Below are positions 1 through 10,600 of a DNA stretch of 64,000 nt, piece by piece (position 1 is the stretch's first letter; each line of letters begins with the position of its first letter). The position numbers and the translations under genes are program-made. The DNA is from a virus: positions 505 through 64,504 of IMG/VR virus record IMGVR_UViG_3300015615_001170. One strand, given 5' to 3'. Under the pieces are notes generated by a model. It was not told where the DNA came from. It saw only the letters and a list, made by a program, of their open reading frames with translations, and did no database searches.

Positions 1-222
1 GGCAACGTGCGATGGGCGACCATGAAGGAACAGGCTCGGAATCGCCGAAACAACCGAATGGTAACGATCAACGGCAGAACTCAGTGCCTCGCTGCGTGGG
101 CTGAAGAACTTGGCATAAACGAGGCGACGTTGCGCTACCGGCTGACGCGCGGGAAGACGGTGCTCGAGGCCGCGCAAGAGCAGAAAATGCTGCCCGCTCC
201 GATGGAGGCCGCCAATGGGTGA
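1..222 (+). CDS. HNH-type endonuclease / DNA-binding protein, C-terminal part (5' end outside window)
   Basis: GNVRWAT..EQARNRRNN..TINGRTQCLAAWAEELGI matches the tail of common phage HNH proteins. Confidence 0.7.
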   Translation, partial: GNVRWATMKEQARNRRNNRMVTINGRTQCLAAWAEELGINEATLRYRLTRGKTVLEAAQEQKMLPAPMEAANG

Positions 223-253
223 GAAGACCGGCATCACGTGGACAGACCAATGA
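215..253 (+). pseudogene. Remnant 5' end of a DUF5131 (Gp37/Gp68) gene: MGEKTGITWTDQ*
   Basis: GGAGG RBS at 204-208; peptide resembles the N-terminus of the 723 gene (MGEVTKISWTD); stop overlaps the next ATG (ATGA). Confidence 0.75.
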
Positions 254-735
254 AGCACACCGAAGAAACGAAGCGGCTGCTGTCCGACATGCGTCGCGGC
301 GAGCGAAATCCATTCTATGGAAAGAAGCATTCGCCGGAGTTCATCGAGCAAGCGCGGCGCCGGATGCAGGGACTTAACGCCGCTAGGCAGTACGAAGCCG
401 CCCCGCAGAAGGTGCGCGTCCCGACCGGGAACGATCTGGCCTACCTTGCGGGGATGATCGACGCTGACGGCTCTGTTCGTTTTCGGAAAGGGCGTCCGTT
501 CGTGGCGGTCTACAACACATCGCGGCCGCTGATCGACTGGCTGCTCGCGACGATGGGGCATGGCTCAGTCTCCTATGGGAACGAGGGCCGCGAGCGCGTC
601 ATGGCGTGGTGCATTCAGGGCGCGCGCGACGTGTATGCCCTGTCGACCGCCCTGCTGCCTCTGCTCATCGTGAAGCGCGGCGACGCTGAGGCAGCGCTGG
701 CATACCTCCGGGAGAAATACGAATGGGCGAAGTAA
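250..735 (+). CDS. Free-standing homing endonuclease: NUMOD3 DNA-binding motif + single LAGLIDADG domain
   Basis: KHTEETKRLLS..GERNPFYGKKHS (NUMOD3) and LAYLAGMIDADGS (LAGLIDADG). Confidence 0.85.
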   Translation: MKHTEETKRLLSDMRRGERNPFYGKKHSPEFIEQARRRMQGLNAARQYEAAPQKVRVPTGNDLAYLAGMIDADGSVRFRKGRPFVAVYNTSRPLIDWLLATMGHGSVSYGNEGRERVMAWCIQGARDVYALSTALLPLLIVKRGDAEAALAYLREKYEWAK

Positions 736-1586
736 CGAAGATTAGTTGGACGGATTCTTCATTTAACCCCTGGATCGGCTGCACGAAGGTTGGACCGGGC
801 TGCGACAACTGCTACGCCGAGGCACTGATGGACAAGCGATTCGGCCGGGTGGCCTGGGGCCCAGGCCAGACACGCCAGCGCACCAGCGCCGCGAACTGGC
901 AGCAGCCGCTGCTGTGGGAAAAGGAGCACGAAGCGTTCGCCCTCATGCACGGGCGGCGCCGCCGTGTGTTCTGCGCCTCGCTGTCCGACGTGTTCGACAA
1001 CGAGGTGCCCGAGCACTGGCGCTGGGATCTGTTCCGCCTGATCGGCGCTACGCCGCACCTCGACTGGCTGCTGCTCACGAAGCGCATCGGCAATGTGTTG
1101 CACATGCTGAACTCAGCGGCGTCAGCTGTTGACAACGACTTCGTCGGCTCGGCTACCTGGGCGCGCGAGCCGTGGCCGAATGTGTGGATCGGCGCCACCG
1201 TGGTGAACCAGGCCGAGGCCGACCGCGACATCCCGAAGCTGCTGCAAATACCTGCGGCCGTGCGGTTCCTGAGCATCGAGCCGATGCTGGGACCGATCAA
1301 CCTGACCGAGATTCCGCTGCAGCTCGTCCGGGTTCATGACGGGAAACGCGTCTCCGGCTACACGACACCACTCGATGGTGGAATCGACTGGGTGATCGTG
1401 GGCGGCGAGAGCGGAGCCAACGCCAGGCCCATGCAACGCGAGTGGGCGGAAAGCCTCCGTGACCAGTGCGCGGCCGCCGGCGTGCCGTTCTTCTTCAAGC
1501 AGTGGGGAGGGGTCACCGCGTCGGCGGGCGGCTGCCAGATCGATAGCATGGAGCTGAAGGCGTGGCCCGACGCAAAGGCAGCATGA
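723..1586 (+). CDS. Phage Gp37/Gp68 family protein (DUF5131, radical-SAM-like)
   Basis: NPWIGCTKVGPGCDNCYA (CxxxxxxCxxC), VFCASLSDVF, LLTKR, FLSIEPMLG, WVIVGGESG, PFFFKQWG. Confidence 0.92.
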   Translation: MGEVTKISWTDSSFNPWIGCTKVGPGCDNCYAEALMDKRFGRVAWGPGQTRQRTSAANWQQPLLWEKEHEAFALMHGRRRRVFCASLSDVFDNEVPEHWRWDLFRLIGATPHLDWLLLTKRIGNVLHMLNSAASAVDNDFVGSATWAREPWPNVWIGATVVNQAEADRDIPKLLQIPAAVRFLSIEPMLGPINLTEIPLQLVRVHDGKRVSGYTTPLDGGIDWVIVGGESGANARPMQREWAESLRDQCAAAGVPFFFKQWGGVTASAGGCQIDSMELKAWPDAKAA

Positions 1587-2038
1587 CCGACTACCGCGCC
1601 CATCTTGCCGCGAAGATCCGCGAGGCGCTCGGCCAGCACAACGACGACTGCGAGCCGGTGGTGACGCTGGTGCGCAAGCTGGTGGAGGAGCGGGACACGT
1701 GGCACGATTTTGCAAACGCCGCTGTCGATGCACTCACGTACTACGAGAACGTGCTCTGCTGCGACCAGATGCGCGCCCTCCAATCAGGCGTCACAACGAT
1801 GGAGGTTTCGCTGGAGAAGGTGGCGGATGTGCTGCGCGAGCGCAATGCTCTGCGCAAGGACGCGGAGCGGCTGGATTATCTAGACCGTCGCAACGCCGCC
1901 AAGAACAAAAAGCACGGCACCGAATACGGCTGGCGCCTGACAGAGAATTGCAACCGCATCGCGCTGGAAGATCACGCATGGCCGCCCAATAGCGTCCGCG
2001 CCGCGATCGACGCCGCCATCGAAGCGAGGAGGGAGTGA
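1583..2038 (+). CDS. Phage early hypothetical protein (Ead/Eaa-like mosaic)
   Basis: ATGA-coupled; LRKDAERLDYL and RAAIDAAI modules typical of phage early genes. Confidence 0.65.
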   Translation: MTDYRAHLAAKIREALGQHNDDCEPVVTLVRKLVEERDTWHDFANAAVDALTYYENVLCCDQMRALQSGVTTMEVSLEKVADVLRERNALRKDAERLDYLDRRNAAKNKKHGTEYGWRLTENCNRIALEDHAWPPNSVRAAIDAAIEARRE

Positions 2039-2361
2039 CAGAAGAAGAGATAGCCCCTCGGCTCACTCGCAATCCTTGGGGGGACAACCCGCTGTCTCGC
2101 TTCACCGACGGCGAGCTGCGGCGGGAACTGCTCCAGCGCGGGCTAAGGCTAGAGGAACGCCCTTCGCCAAAGTGGTGCGACGAGTGCGCGCGGTTCCAGC
2201 CATGGGGCGAACATCCAGAAGCAATGCCCGACGAATACAACCCGTGCACTCAGGGCCATAAGATGGCCTTTCGCCCCCCTGAGTCGATGACGGAAGTGAT
2301 GAGCGACGACTGGGGATTTCACCGATCACGTTGTAAGGACAGAGCGAAACCGCCTGCCTGA
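2035..2361 (+). CDS. Hypothetical Cys-containing phage protein
   Basis: GTGA-coupled ORF, CxxC plus further Cys. Confidence 0.6.
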   Translation: MTEEEIAPRLTRNPWGDNPLSRFTDGELRRELLQRGLRLEERPSPKWCDECARFQPWGEHPEAMPDEYNPCTQGHKMAFRPPESMTEVMSDDWGFHRSRCKDRAKPPA

Positions 2362-2633
2362 TCTGGCGCCCTACTCTTCGGCCCGAAGCGATCCGGCGCT
2401 CGCCCGCGCAGCAGCGGACCATAGGCCTTCCTGGCCTGCAGCTCAGAAATTGGCGGCGAGACTTGAATCTCGCAAGTGACCGTGTGCTGGTAGAACCAGC
2501 GGCAGCGCTTAGTGGAATCGTTCACAGTCGGTAAGTATGGGTGCAGAGAAAGCACTGCAAGCATCAAGATCCGCCAAGCGCTGCTCTAGCCGACCGTCTA
2601 TGATGTGGTAATCCTTTAGTTGCGTCGACGCCA

Positions 2634-3452
2634 GTGACCCATAAGACACGAAGCATCGATCCTCCAAAATCTGTGGTGCCTATTGTGCGGTATCAACCCG
2701 GCACGTTGGTGATGGATGTTCTTGGCACTTCGTTCGTAATTGGCCGTGGGGACGATCTGTTTCTGATGACCGCTAAGCACGTCTTCGCCAGCAATCCTCT
2801 AGGCGAGAACCAGAGGTACGGGGCTCTTACTCTTCCTGACGATGGGGTTCGGGATATTCACGAATTCTTCGCTGATCCCGTATTGGACATTGGCGTCGCC
2901 CCGATTTCTCGTAAAGATTTCCCTCACGTCGCCCCCCTACGCTTTTCCAAAACCGAACCATCTCTGAACGAGGATATTTACTCGTTCGAATACAGCTCAA
3001 CTCGTAAAGAGAAAAAGGCTTGGGGCGTTGAGGTTTTCCTAGAGCCCTATAGCCATAAGGGCAACATTGTTCTCTCCTACATCGACTATAGAACTGATCC
3101 GGCAGTTCCTTCGTACTTGGCATCCTTCCCAGCCTTGCAGGGGTCCAGTGGTGCCCCGCTTTTCTCATTTGGGCATAAGCGCGCCGGTCTAGGAGTGGTT
3201 GGACTGCTGGTAGCAAATGTAGAGAGGCATCTTGTTCCAGCTCAGGTAGTCGAGATCAAGGAGGGGGATTCGTTTTCGGAGGCGATTAGCTACTTCCTGC
3301 CATATGGCCAAGCCCTAGCGCGAACGGTTCTCATAGAATTCTTGGAGAGACACGGAATTCCTTTCGACTGGATCGACTTGAATGCCGATCCGCGTCCGAG
3401 GCTTCGAGAACGCGCGAGGCGACGCCCTAGATGGGCGGCGAAACACGCCTAG
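2634..3452 (+). CDS. Trypsin-like serine protease (accessory, lower GC)
   Basis: Catalytic triad motifs MTAKHV, DIGV, QGSSGAP. Confidence 0.8.
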   Translation: MTHKTRSIDPPKSVVPIVRYQPGTLVMDVLGTSFVIGRGDDLFLMTAKHVFASNPLGENQRYGALTLPDDGVRDIHEFFADPVLDIGVAPISRKDFPHVAPLRFSKTEPSLNEDIYSFEYSSTRKEKKAWGVEVFLEPYSHKGNIVLSYIDYRTDPAVPSYLASFPALQGSSGAPLFSFGHKRAGLGVVGLLVANVERHLVPAQVVEIKEGDSFSEAISYFLPYGQALARTVLIEFLERHGIPFDWIDLNADPRPRLRERARRRPRWAAKHA

Positions 3453-3476
3453 CGGGCAATGCACCCCACCTAATGC

Positions 3477-3701
3477 CTACTTTTCTCTGACCGCAGTAGC
3501 CGACTCTGGAGTCCAGAACCAGCGGGAGCGCTTCCCCTGCTTGTGGTGGAAGCGTGTGAAGGTGATCCGAGCACGCGTGCCGTCGGGGAGCGTGACCTCG
3601 GCGTCGCGAACCATCAATTGATCGGTGCTTGCGTCTGGAAGGGACTGCGAGGCCTTAGCGATGAGGTCGCCGGGGATGAGAGGCAGGACATTGTCAGCCA
3701 T
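3477..3701 (-). CDS. Hypothetical protein
   Basis: Compact ORF MADNVLPLIPGD..; start uncertain. Confidence 0.5.
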   Translation of the reverse strand: MADNVLPLIPGDLIAKASQSLPDASTDQLMVRDAEVTLPDGTRARITFTRFHHKQGKRSRWFWTPESATAVREK

Positions 3702-3740
3702 GAGACGGGGCCCGGAGCGCGTCAAGGCCCCGTTGATGCC

Positions 3741-3941
3741 TCACTTAATCTGCGCTTTGCTGAGAGCGGTCTTAGCATCCAGTCGACATACGACATCGAT
3801 GCACTGCTCGTACAACGTGAGCCAATACTCACGCGTTTTCCTCTGTTCGGCAGTGACCCCATCAATCGTCTTAGTATCGATTTGATACATCAATTCCAGT
3901 GCCACCCGCTCTTTGCAGTCCTGTTTCAGCACATCAGCCAT
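3741..3941 (-). CDS. Small helical hypothetical protein
   Basis: Strong AAGGAGG RBS before ATG; MADVLKQDCKERVALELM.. Confidence 0.65.
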   Translation of the reverse strand: MADVLKQDCKERVALELMYQIDTKTIDGVTAEQRKTREYWLTLYEQCIDVVCRLDAKTALSKAQIK

Positions 3942-4088
3942 ATTCGCCTCCTTCTTTTAAGGGCTCGACGCTCCTCGCATGGAGGAGCTGGCGCAGTCTA
4001 CCGATTAACCAGAATGCGTGCGCGTCTCGTCGCACCCCGGCGACATAATTGCTACGATCGGGGTCCGAACAACGAAGAAGGACTCACC

Positions 4089-4682
4089 ATGAGGCTGCTC
4101 TCTCTGCTGTTGCTTTGCATTTCTTTCCATGCCAGCGCAATAGGAATCACATTCAACGGAACCTGGGACACCACCAGCGACTCGGTGGCGGACGGCTTGG
4201 GGGAGGTGGTGACGGGGGAGTGGCACGGGGCTTTCGAACTTGGCGAGGCAATCGGTAGCGGGCGTTTCGCGGTGGCCAGCATGCATGCCAACGTCGGGAA
4301 CTGCCCGAACCCTCAGTCCGAGAACGACTCCCACATTGATCCCGTCACCCATATCGAAACCGCTGACTGCTCAATGGGTGGTCCGAAAGCAGGATACCCA
4401 TTCGGCTTCGATACCCTCTCTGGCCTCTTCTTCGCCCTCACCGAAACGGGAGCACGACTTTCCTCGAGCGGTCATTCCGACCTGTTCCTTCGCGAGGATG
4501 GCAGTTTCTCCCACGCGATCTATACCTTCCGAGGGGCGGTCGGGACCTACGGCACCTACTTCGTGCCAGAGTTCGCCGCGCAGGAACCCGCACAGATTCC
4601 AGAACCAGGGCTTCTGCCCCTGCTCTTGGCCATGCTGGTTCCCTGTGTCGCGCGTCAGTCCTGGGTGGCAAGGTTCGGGTGA
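4089..4682 (+). CDS. PEP-CTERM sorting-domain surface protein
   Basis: Signal peptide MRLLSLLLLCISFHASA; C-terminal IPEPG followed by hydrophobic LLPLLLAMLVP. Confidence 0.75.
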   Translation: MRLLSLLLLCISFHASAIGITFNGTWDTTSDSVADGLGEVVTGEWHGAFELGEAIGSGRFAVASMHANVGNCPNPQSENDSHIDPVTHIETADCSMGGPKAGYPFGFDTLSGLFFALTETGARLSSSGHSDLFLREDGSFSHAIYTFRGAVGTYGTYFVPEFAAQEPAQIPEPGLLPLLLAMLVPCVARQSWVARFG

Positions 4683-7600
4683 ATCGCCGAGTCGGCCATG
4701 TACTCCATTAGTTTCTTCTTGCGCCGGCGCATCTCGTCCCGGTACTCGGCAACGATCTGCTTGCGCCGCTCCGGGGTGATGGAGCGGTCGCGCAGCAGGC
4801 CCTTGAGCCGGACCTCCACCTGATCCATCTCGTACTTCTGGCGCTGGATGTTCGATAGCCGGGTTGTCTCCGGGCGCATCGCATACAGGTTCACGCCACC
4901 CGCGGCGAGCATCGCCTGGGTGAGCGTTGCCTTCTGCTCCCCGTGCTTGTCGGTCACGCCCATCGTCGCCTGCACCACCTTCCCGCCGTATGCCGGGTCG
5001 ATCAAGCCCATCGGGGATAGCAACCCGCGGCTCGACACGAACGGCGGCATGGCCATATCCCACAAGTAGGACATGATCGCCACCGCCTGCTTGTGAGGCG
5101 GATCCCCCGGGTTGACGATGGCACGCTCGGTGAACGGATCGCGCCCGGTCTTCCAGGCGATCAGTAGATCGGCGATGGGCCCGCCCACAAGGCCGAGGGT
5201 CTGCACAGATTCCTGCACCTCGCCCTTGGCCAGCTGCCCCAGCGACTCGGTGTACATCGTCCAGGGGAAGAAGTAACCCAGGTCGACCACCTGCCAGCGC
5301 CCGTCCTCGTCCTTGTAGGGCAGCACAGCGGTGTGCCCCCGGTCCTGCAGCCACTTGGGCAGCGCCATCTTCATGCGCTCGAGGTCGTCGTCGTCAACGT
5401 CCCACATCGAGGTGACCGCGTATTGCAGCCCGTAGAAGAGGCCGACCCACGGCAGGAAGCGTTGCGGGTGCAGGGCCGCCACCTCGAGCAGGCGCGGCAG
5501 CACCTTGTAGGCGTATGTGATGAACGGCGCGCCGATCGGCGCATTCCGGGCGTAGCGCACCCAGTTGGGCACCAGCGAGTAGTCGAACATCCACTTCTGC
5601 GCCTCGATCGCCGCGGTCGCCTCGTCGGTTCCCTTGCCCACCTCGTCGAGGATCTTGGCCACCTTGAACAGGGCGTCTTCGAACTGGTAGGTGTCGCCGG
5701 CGAAGTCGCTGATGATCGCCCCGATCCGGCGGATCTGGCCCATAGGGCCCAGCGCCTTGAGGTGCGCCTGGAGATCGAGCAGTTCACGCTTGGCGCGGAA
5801 GAGCTCCTGCGCGCTAAAGCTCGACTCGGTCAGCCCGTACTTCTTCGCGATCTGGTAGGCGGGCCCGTTGTTGACGATCTGCATCGCCGCGTCGTACAGG
5901 CGCTTGGGGACCATAGGCAGCGACACCCCGGAAAGCTGGAGCATCACCGCGTTCGAGAGCATGTTACGCACGTGCGAAGGCGGGTTGAGCGCGACCTTGC
6001 CCATCTTCCACAACTGGGTGATGTGCGTGCCCACGCCGCCGTATCCGAATAGGGATTGGAAGAAGCCCGCAGAGGGCGATTGCAGGGCGCTCACGCCCAT
6101 GATGTCGTCGAAGATTTCCTTGCGTACCCACAGCCCGCGCAGGCGGCCGTAGCGGGCCGTGTTGGGCAGTTGACTGTAGTCCTCGAAGTCTCCGGTGATC
6201 TGGCCCAGTGCGTCGTCGGCAGCCTGGTCCATGCGGTCGGCGAGCCGGTTCGCCCGCCGCGCCTCAGCGTCCTTGTAATGGCGCGCCTGCTTGCGCAGCC
6301 GCTCGGCTTCCGACTTTAGCCATTGAGCAGACACCCGCTTGCCGTCCCACTCGACCACGCTGGCCGGCAGGACCCAGTCGGTGTTGCCGGCGATGTCCTG
6401 CAGCCAGTCAAGGATGGCCATGTCCCGCATCGGCTTGGCGATCGCCACGGCCGACAGGAATCCAGGCTCCTCGATCTCGCCCAGAATCACCTTGCGGATC
6501 TCCTCGGGGATGTCCTTGCGCTTCTTGAGGTAGCCTAGGTCGCTCGGTTTCCTACCCGCGCCCATCGCCTTGAAGTCGCCCTCGGAAAGCAGGTGCTTGA
6601 GATACAGCCTGGGCAGGTACGCGTTGGCGTGCGCGGCGCGCGCCTCGGCCGAGAGCAGGCCGCGGTCGACCAGCATGTCGCCCACCCGATTGATCTGACC
6701 CTTCACCTGGGCTGCCACCTGCCGGATCTTGGCGTCGCCGATGCCGGTACCTGTGGCGTTGGCGGTGGTGAGGTAGTCGAACACCGCCTGGCGGTCGGGC
6801 TCGCTCGCCTCGAGGAAGGCCTTGCGCATGCTGCCGGCCATCTGGTCGGCCTCGGCGATCTTGCCAAGCGCGAGCAGCCGACGCTTCATGAACTCTTTCT
6901 TGTTCGGCAAATCGCCAATAGGGTCCAAGGCCGCGTCGATCCGATCGATCACGCGGGCGGCGCGCGTCTTGTAGAACTGCGGCTGGGTCTGCTGCTTCGC
7001 CGCAGGAGCGGCGCTGGCGCGGGCGAAGCGGGTGTCGTCGGAAAGTGCCCGCTCTACTCTGGCAAGGCGGGACTGCGACTCGCCCCTATCTGGCGTGCGC
7101 GCCAACGCGTCGCTTTTCCCGCCCCGCTTCGAGAATGCGAGCGCCCGCTGCACCAGCGCGCGCACCTCGCCATCATTGAAGGCAATGCTTGGGAACATGC
7201 GACGCACCAGCCCACGCACGAACGCGACAATGCGGTCCATAAGCGAGGCTGGGATGTTCTGCCCACCGATGTCAGCGAGCGCCTCCTCAGTGGCCTTGGA
7301 GATCGAGTGGCCATAGCGTTCCTTGAGCGCGTCGGCCGCCTTGCGCACCTGCGGGTTGCTCAGGTAGATGTCCACCATGAGCGGGTCGATGTTCGAGCCG
7401 AACATTCCGTGCAGCCCGAGGTGCGTGCCCTCATGAAGCGCTGTGCGGATTACCGCCCCTTCGTCTGGCAACATGTCCGCAACCAGGTAGACCTCACCGT
7501 TCCAGTACGCGCCAGCTACGTCGCCGGAGGCGCCCCTGTCTCCAATCTCGCGCAGCAGGCCCGCCGGAAGCTCTGCCTCGGACTGCACGACATTGACCTT

Positions 7601-10600
7601 TTTCCCCATCCACCCCACGAGGGGGACGACCTGGGTTTTGTCCATGCCACGCTGCGCGGCGGCACGACGGAACATCGCCGTGCCTTTCTCAGTCTCCTTC
7701 GTCTGCACCGTTGCGAACAGATTGTCGAAGGCTTCCGCAACGGGCGCCACTTCCTCCGGCAGCAGGTAGGGATAGCGATCGCGTGACCGGGCGAAGTTCT
7801 CCACCGCCGTCACGTTTGCCAGATAGTCGTTGTGGAAGCCGCGCTCCATCATCTTCGCGATGATGTAGTTCTCGAAGGAACGCGCTGCCCGCTCGATGAT
7901 CTGCGACCAGTAGCCGTTCTCGTTCTTGTCGATGGCCCTGGCGCGCTTGGCCATGGGTGAGGCATCGAGTGCCTCTACCAGTTCTGCGAAACGGCGCTCA
8001 ACCTCCGGGCGCACGCCCTGCGGATGCTTGGGATCAGGGTGCCAGTTCTCTTCCAAGTAGTAGGGGTTCTTCGGGCTGTGCTCGCGCGCACGTTCCAGTC
8101 GCGCCTTGGTCAGCGAGCCGACACGTCCATCCTTGCGCACATACAGCGGCTCGGGGCGGTAGGTGATGTAGTTTGCCTGCCGGTACGCCTGCTGCGACAT
8201 GCCGCGCTCGAACGGGACCGGCCCGCCGCGCTGGTGCGAGAAGTAGTTGTCCAGTGCGTGCAGCCACTCGTGGGCAAGTGTTCCAGCCCCGCGCGTCTTG
8301 GTCAGGTTGATGACCAGCGTGTCGGGCTCGTAGTGCGCAGAGGCCCAGCCACTGCCACGCGCGCCGAAGGCAAGCCCGAGCGTTCCATTGAGCGAGATCG
8401 CCTTGGGCGGCACGTTGACGATGCTCGCCAGATCCATGAGCGCGTCATAGGCCTGATTGAGCATGCCTTGGCGCGCTTGCTTCTCAGAACCTTGAGCAAC
8501 CCAGTTGCCGAACTGCACGCCACGGAAGCCGAAGCTATCGGCGAACTTCTCGGCAGTGACGTCCTTGCCCTTGCGGTAATCCGCCCCGGCGCGCGGCCGG
8601 TTCTCAGCGCTGCGCACGTCCTGCTCGCGGACGTTGTCGCGCTCCTTCACGCCATCCCAGGCCACAACCAGATCGGCGTAGTTGTCCTTGATGTAGTCGA
8701 ACGCCTCTTTGGTCGTGGCGAAGGTCATGAGCTTGCGGTATTCCTTGTCGCCCTTCTTGTTGATCGAGAAGGCACCCTCACGCCCGCGCACCTCGAACTG
8801 CATGCGCTTTTCAGCCACGGCGGTGCCGAGCAGTTCGTTGATCCGATCCAGGTGGTTCTCGATGCGCCCATCGCCTTCCAGCCAATGCGAGCGCCCGTCA
8901 ATCTCAACGCGCGCTTGCGGGCGCAGCACCTGCTTGCCGTCCTCGTAGGCATAGGCTTCGGGGTGCTCGGCAACAGCGCCGATCCGCCCCCACTGCTCGC
9001 GGTCAATGGCTTCGAGCAGTTTCACCTTGGAGCCGAAGTCCTTGAGCCGGTACTCGCCCATCTTCTCCAGCATCTTCTCGCGCGTGACCTTGCCACTGAC
9101 GATCATCTGCGCGAGGCTGCGTACAGTCTTGACCTTCTCGACCCAGCGCTTGAGTTTGTAGGCCACGCGCGGCTTGGCCGGCACCTCGGCGCGCGCGGCA
9201 TGGGCTACCGCAGCGGCGAACTTGTCCTCGATCTTGTCGATCTCGTTGGCGGGCCAGACCTTGCTGAAGGGTTCGACGGCAAGGGCCTCGTCGGAGAACT
9301 CCTTGGACAGCGCGAACTCCTGGAACTTGCGCGCGCCCTCCAGACGCTCCCCCACATCTTCGATGACGGCCGGCGATCGCGTGGCATCGGAAAGCAAATC
9401 AGCCTGCCCGAGGTTGGCGTCCGCGGCTCGGGTCGAACCTGTCAGTGTGAAGTCGTTGCGCTCGCGGTCGGCCTGAGCCTTGCGCTCGGCCGACTCGTCC
9501 TCTGCGCGGCGCCGGGCGGCGGCGGCGTCTACCGCTTGTTCGCGGGCTTCGAGATCGCCTTGGGAGTAGGCTTCGAGGACTTGCGGCGTGCCAGCGTCAG
9601 CTTCGCTGCCTTCTTGAGGCGTTGGTTGCGATTCTGCTCCACGGATAATCTCCTGAATTCGCGCCATGAACGCTTCCGGCTCCAAAGAGTCGGAAATGGC
9701 TTCCACAGCAGAGGGGTCGATCTGCATCGCTGCAGTGACCAACGCGTGATCGATGATGTTATCAGAGGTCAGGTCCAGGCCGGCGTCGTCCAGATCCACG
9801 GCGATTTCGAACGGGTCGTCAGCCCGTAGCGCGGTGGTGTCCGCGCCCTGCGCTTCGAGAGTGGAGCCCGCCACGTCGTACTGCTGGACGACGTCCTCGG
9901 CGATCTTGAGCATGAACTCGACCAGGTGGCGCTCGCGGCCGCTCAGCGACTCTCCAGCGAGCGCCTTGCGCACCGCAGTGCGCGTCTGCGCCTCATTGAG
10001 ATTCACGCCGCGCTCTGCCCACCACGTTTCCTTTGGCACCCACTTCGTGCGGCCCGTGACCTGCTCGGTCTTTGGGTCGCGCATGAGGCGCCCACCCTTC
10101 TCCGCCCAGCCGGCATGTTGTGCCATGCGCTCCAGTTCGGCACGAACGTCCGGGTTTTGTAGGCGCGTAGCGAGCGCACCGTCCGTCCCGGCGTTGCGGC
10201 CCGTGCGCGATTTCGACACTTCACGGCGCAGTGCCTCTTTCTTGCGCATATCAGGGGCGAGTGGCATCGTCGTGTCACCGGCCGCCCACTCCTTGAACTG
10301 CGCCATCTCCATGCCGGTGATCGCACCCAGGCCCTTCCAGCCTTTCGTGTATTGCTCGATATAAGCAGCGCGCGCTGCAGCCTCATCGGGCCAGCCGACC
10401 ATCACCTTGTGCTCGTCGAACTTTTCTTGCTGGTTCACCTGGTCGACAACGAACACCGGGCCGTCGTAGTCCTCTAACGTGCCCGGCTTGATGAACACGT
10501 CGAGGTGATCGCCATCGGCCGCCTCGGTGCGCTTGACGTAGCCGTAGTGCGCGGTGATTGCGGGCCATTCGGGCCGGCGCTTCGAACCCGCAGGGTTCTC

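Noticed and set aside
2440..2475. tggcgg..ttgaatc resembling a reversed tRNA 3' end / att core
   Set aside because: Spacing too short for acceptor + T-arm, and I saw no second copy in the window
3543..4088. N-terminal extension of the 379-aa ORF
   Set aside because: It overlaps two minus-strand genes; the signal peptide and RBS place the real start at 4089
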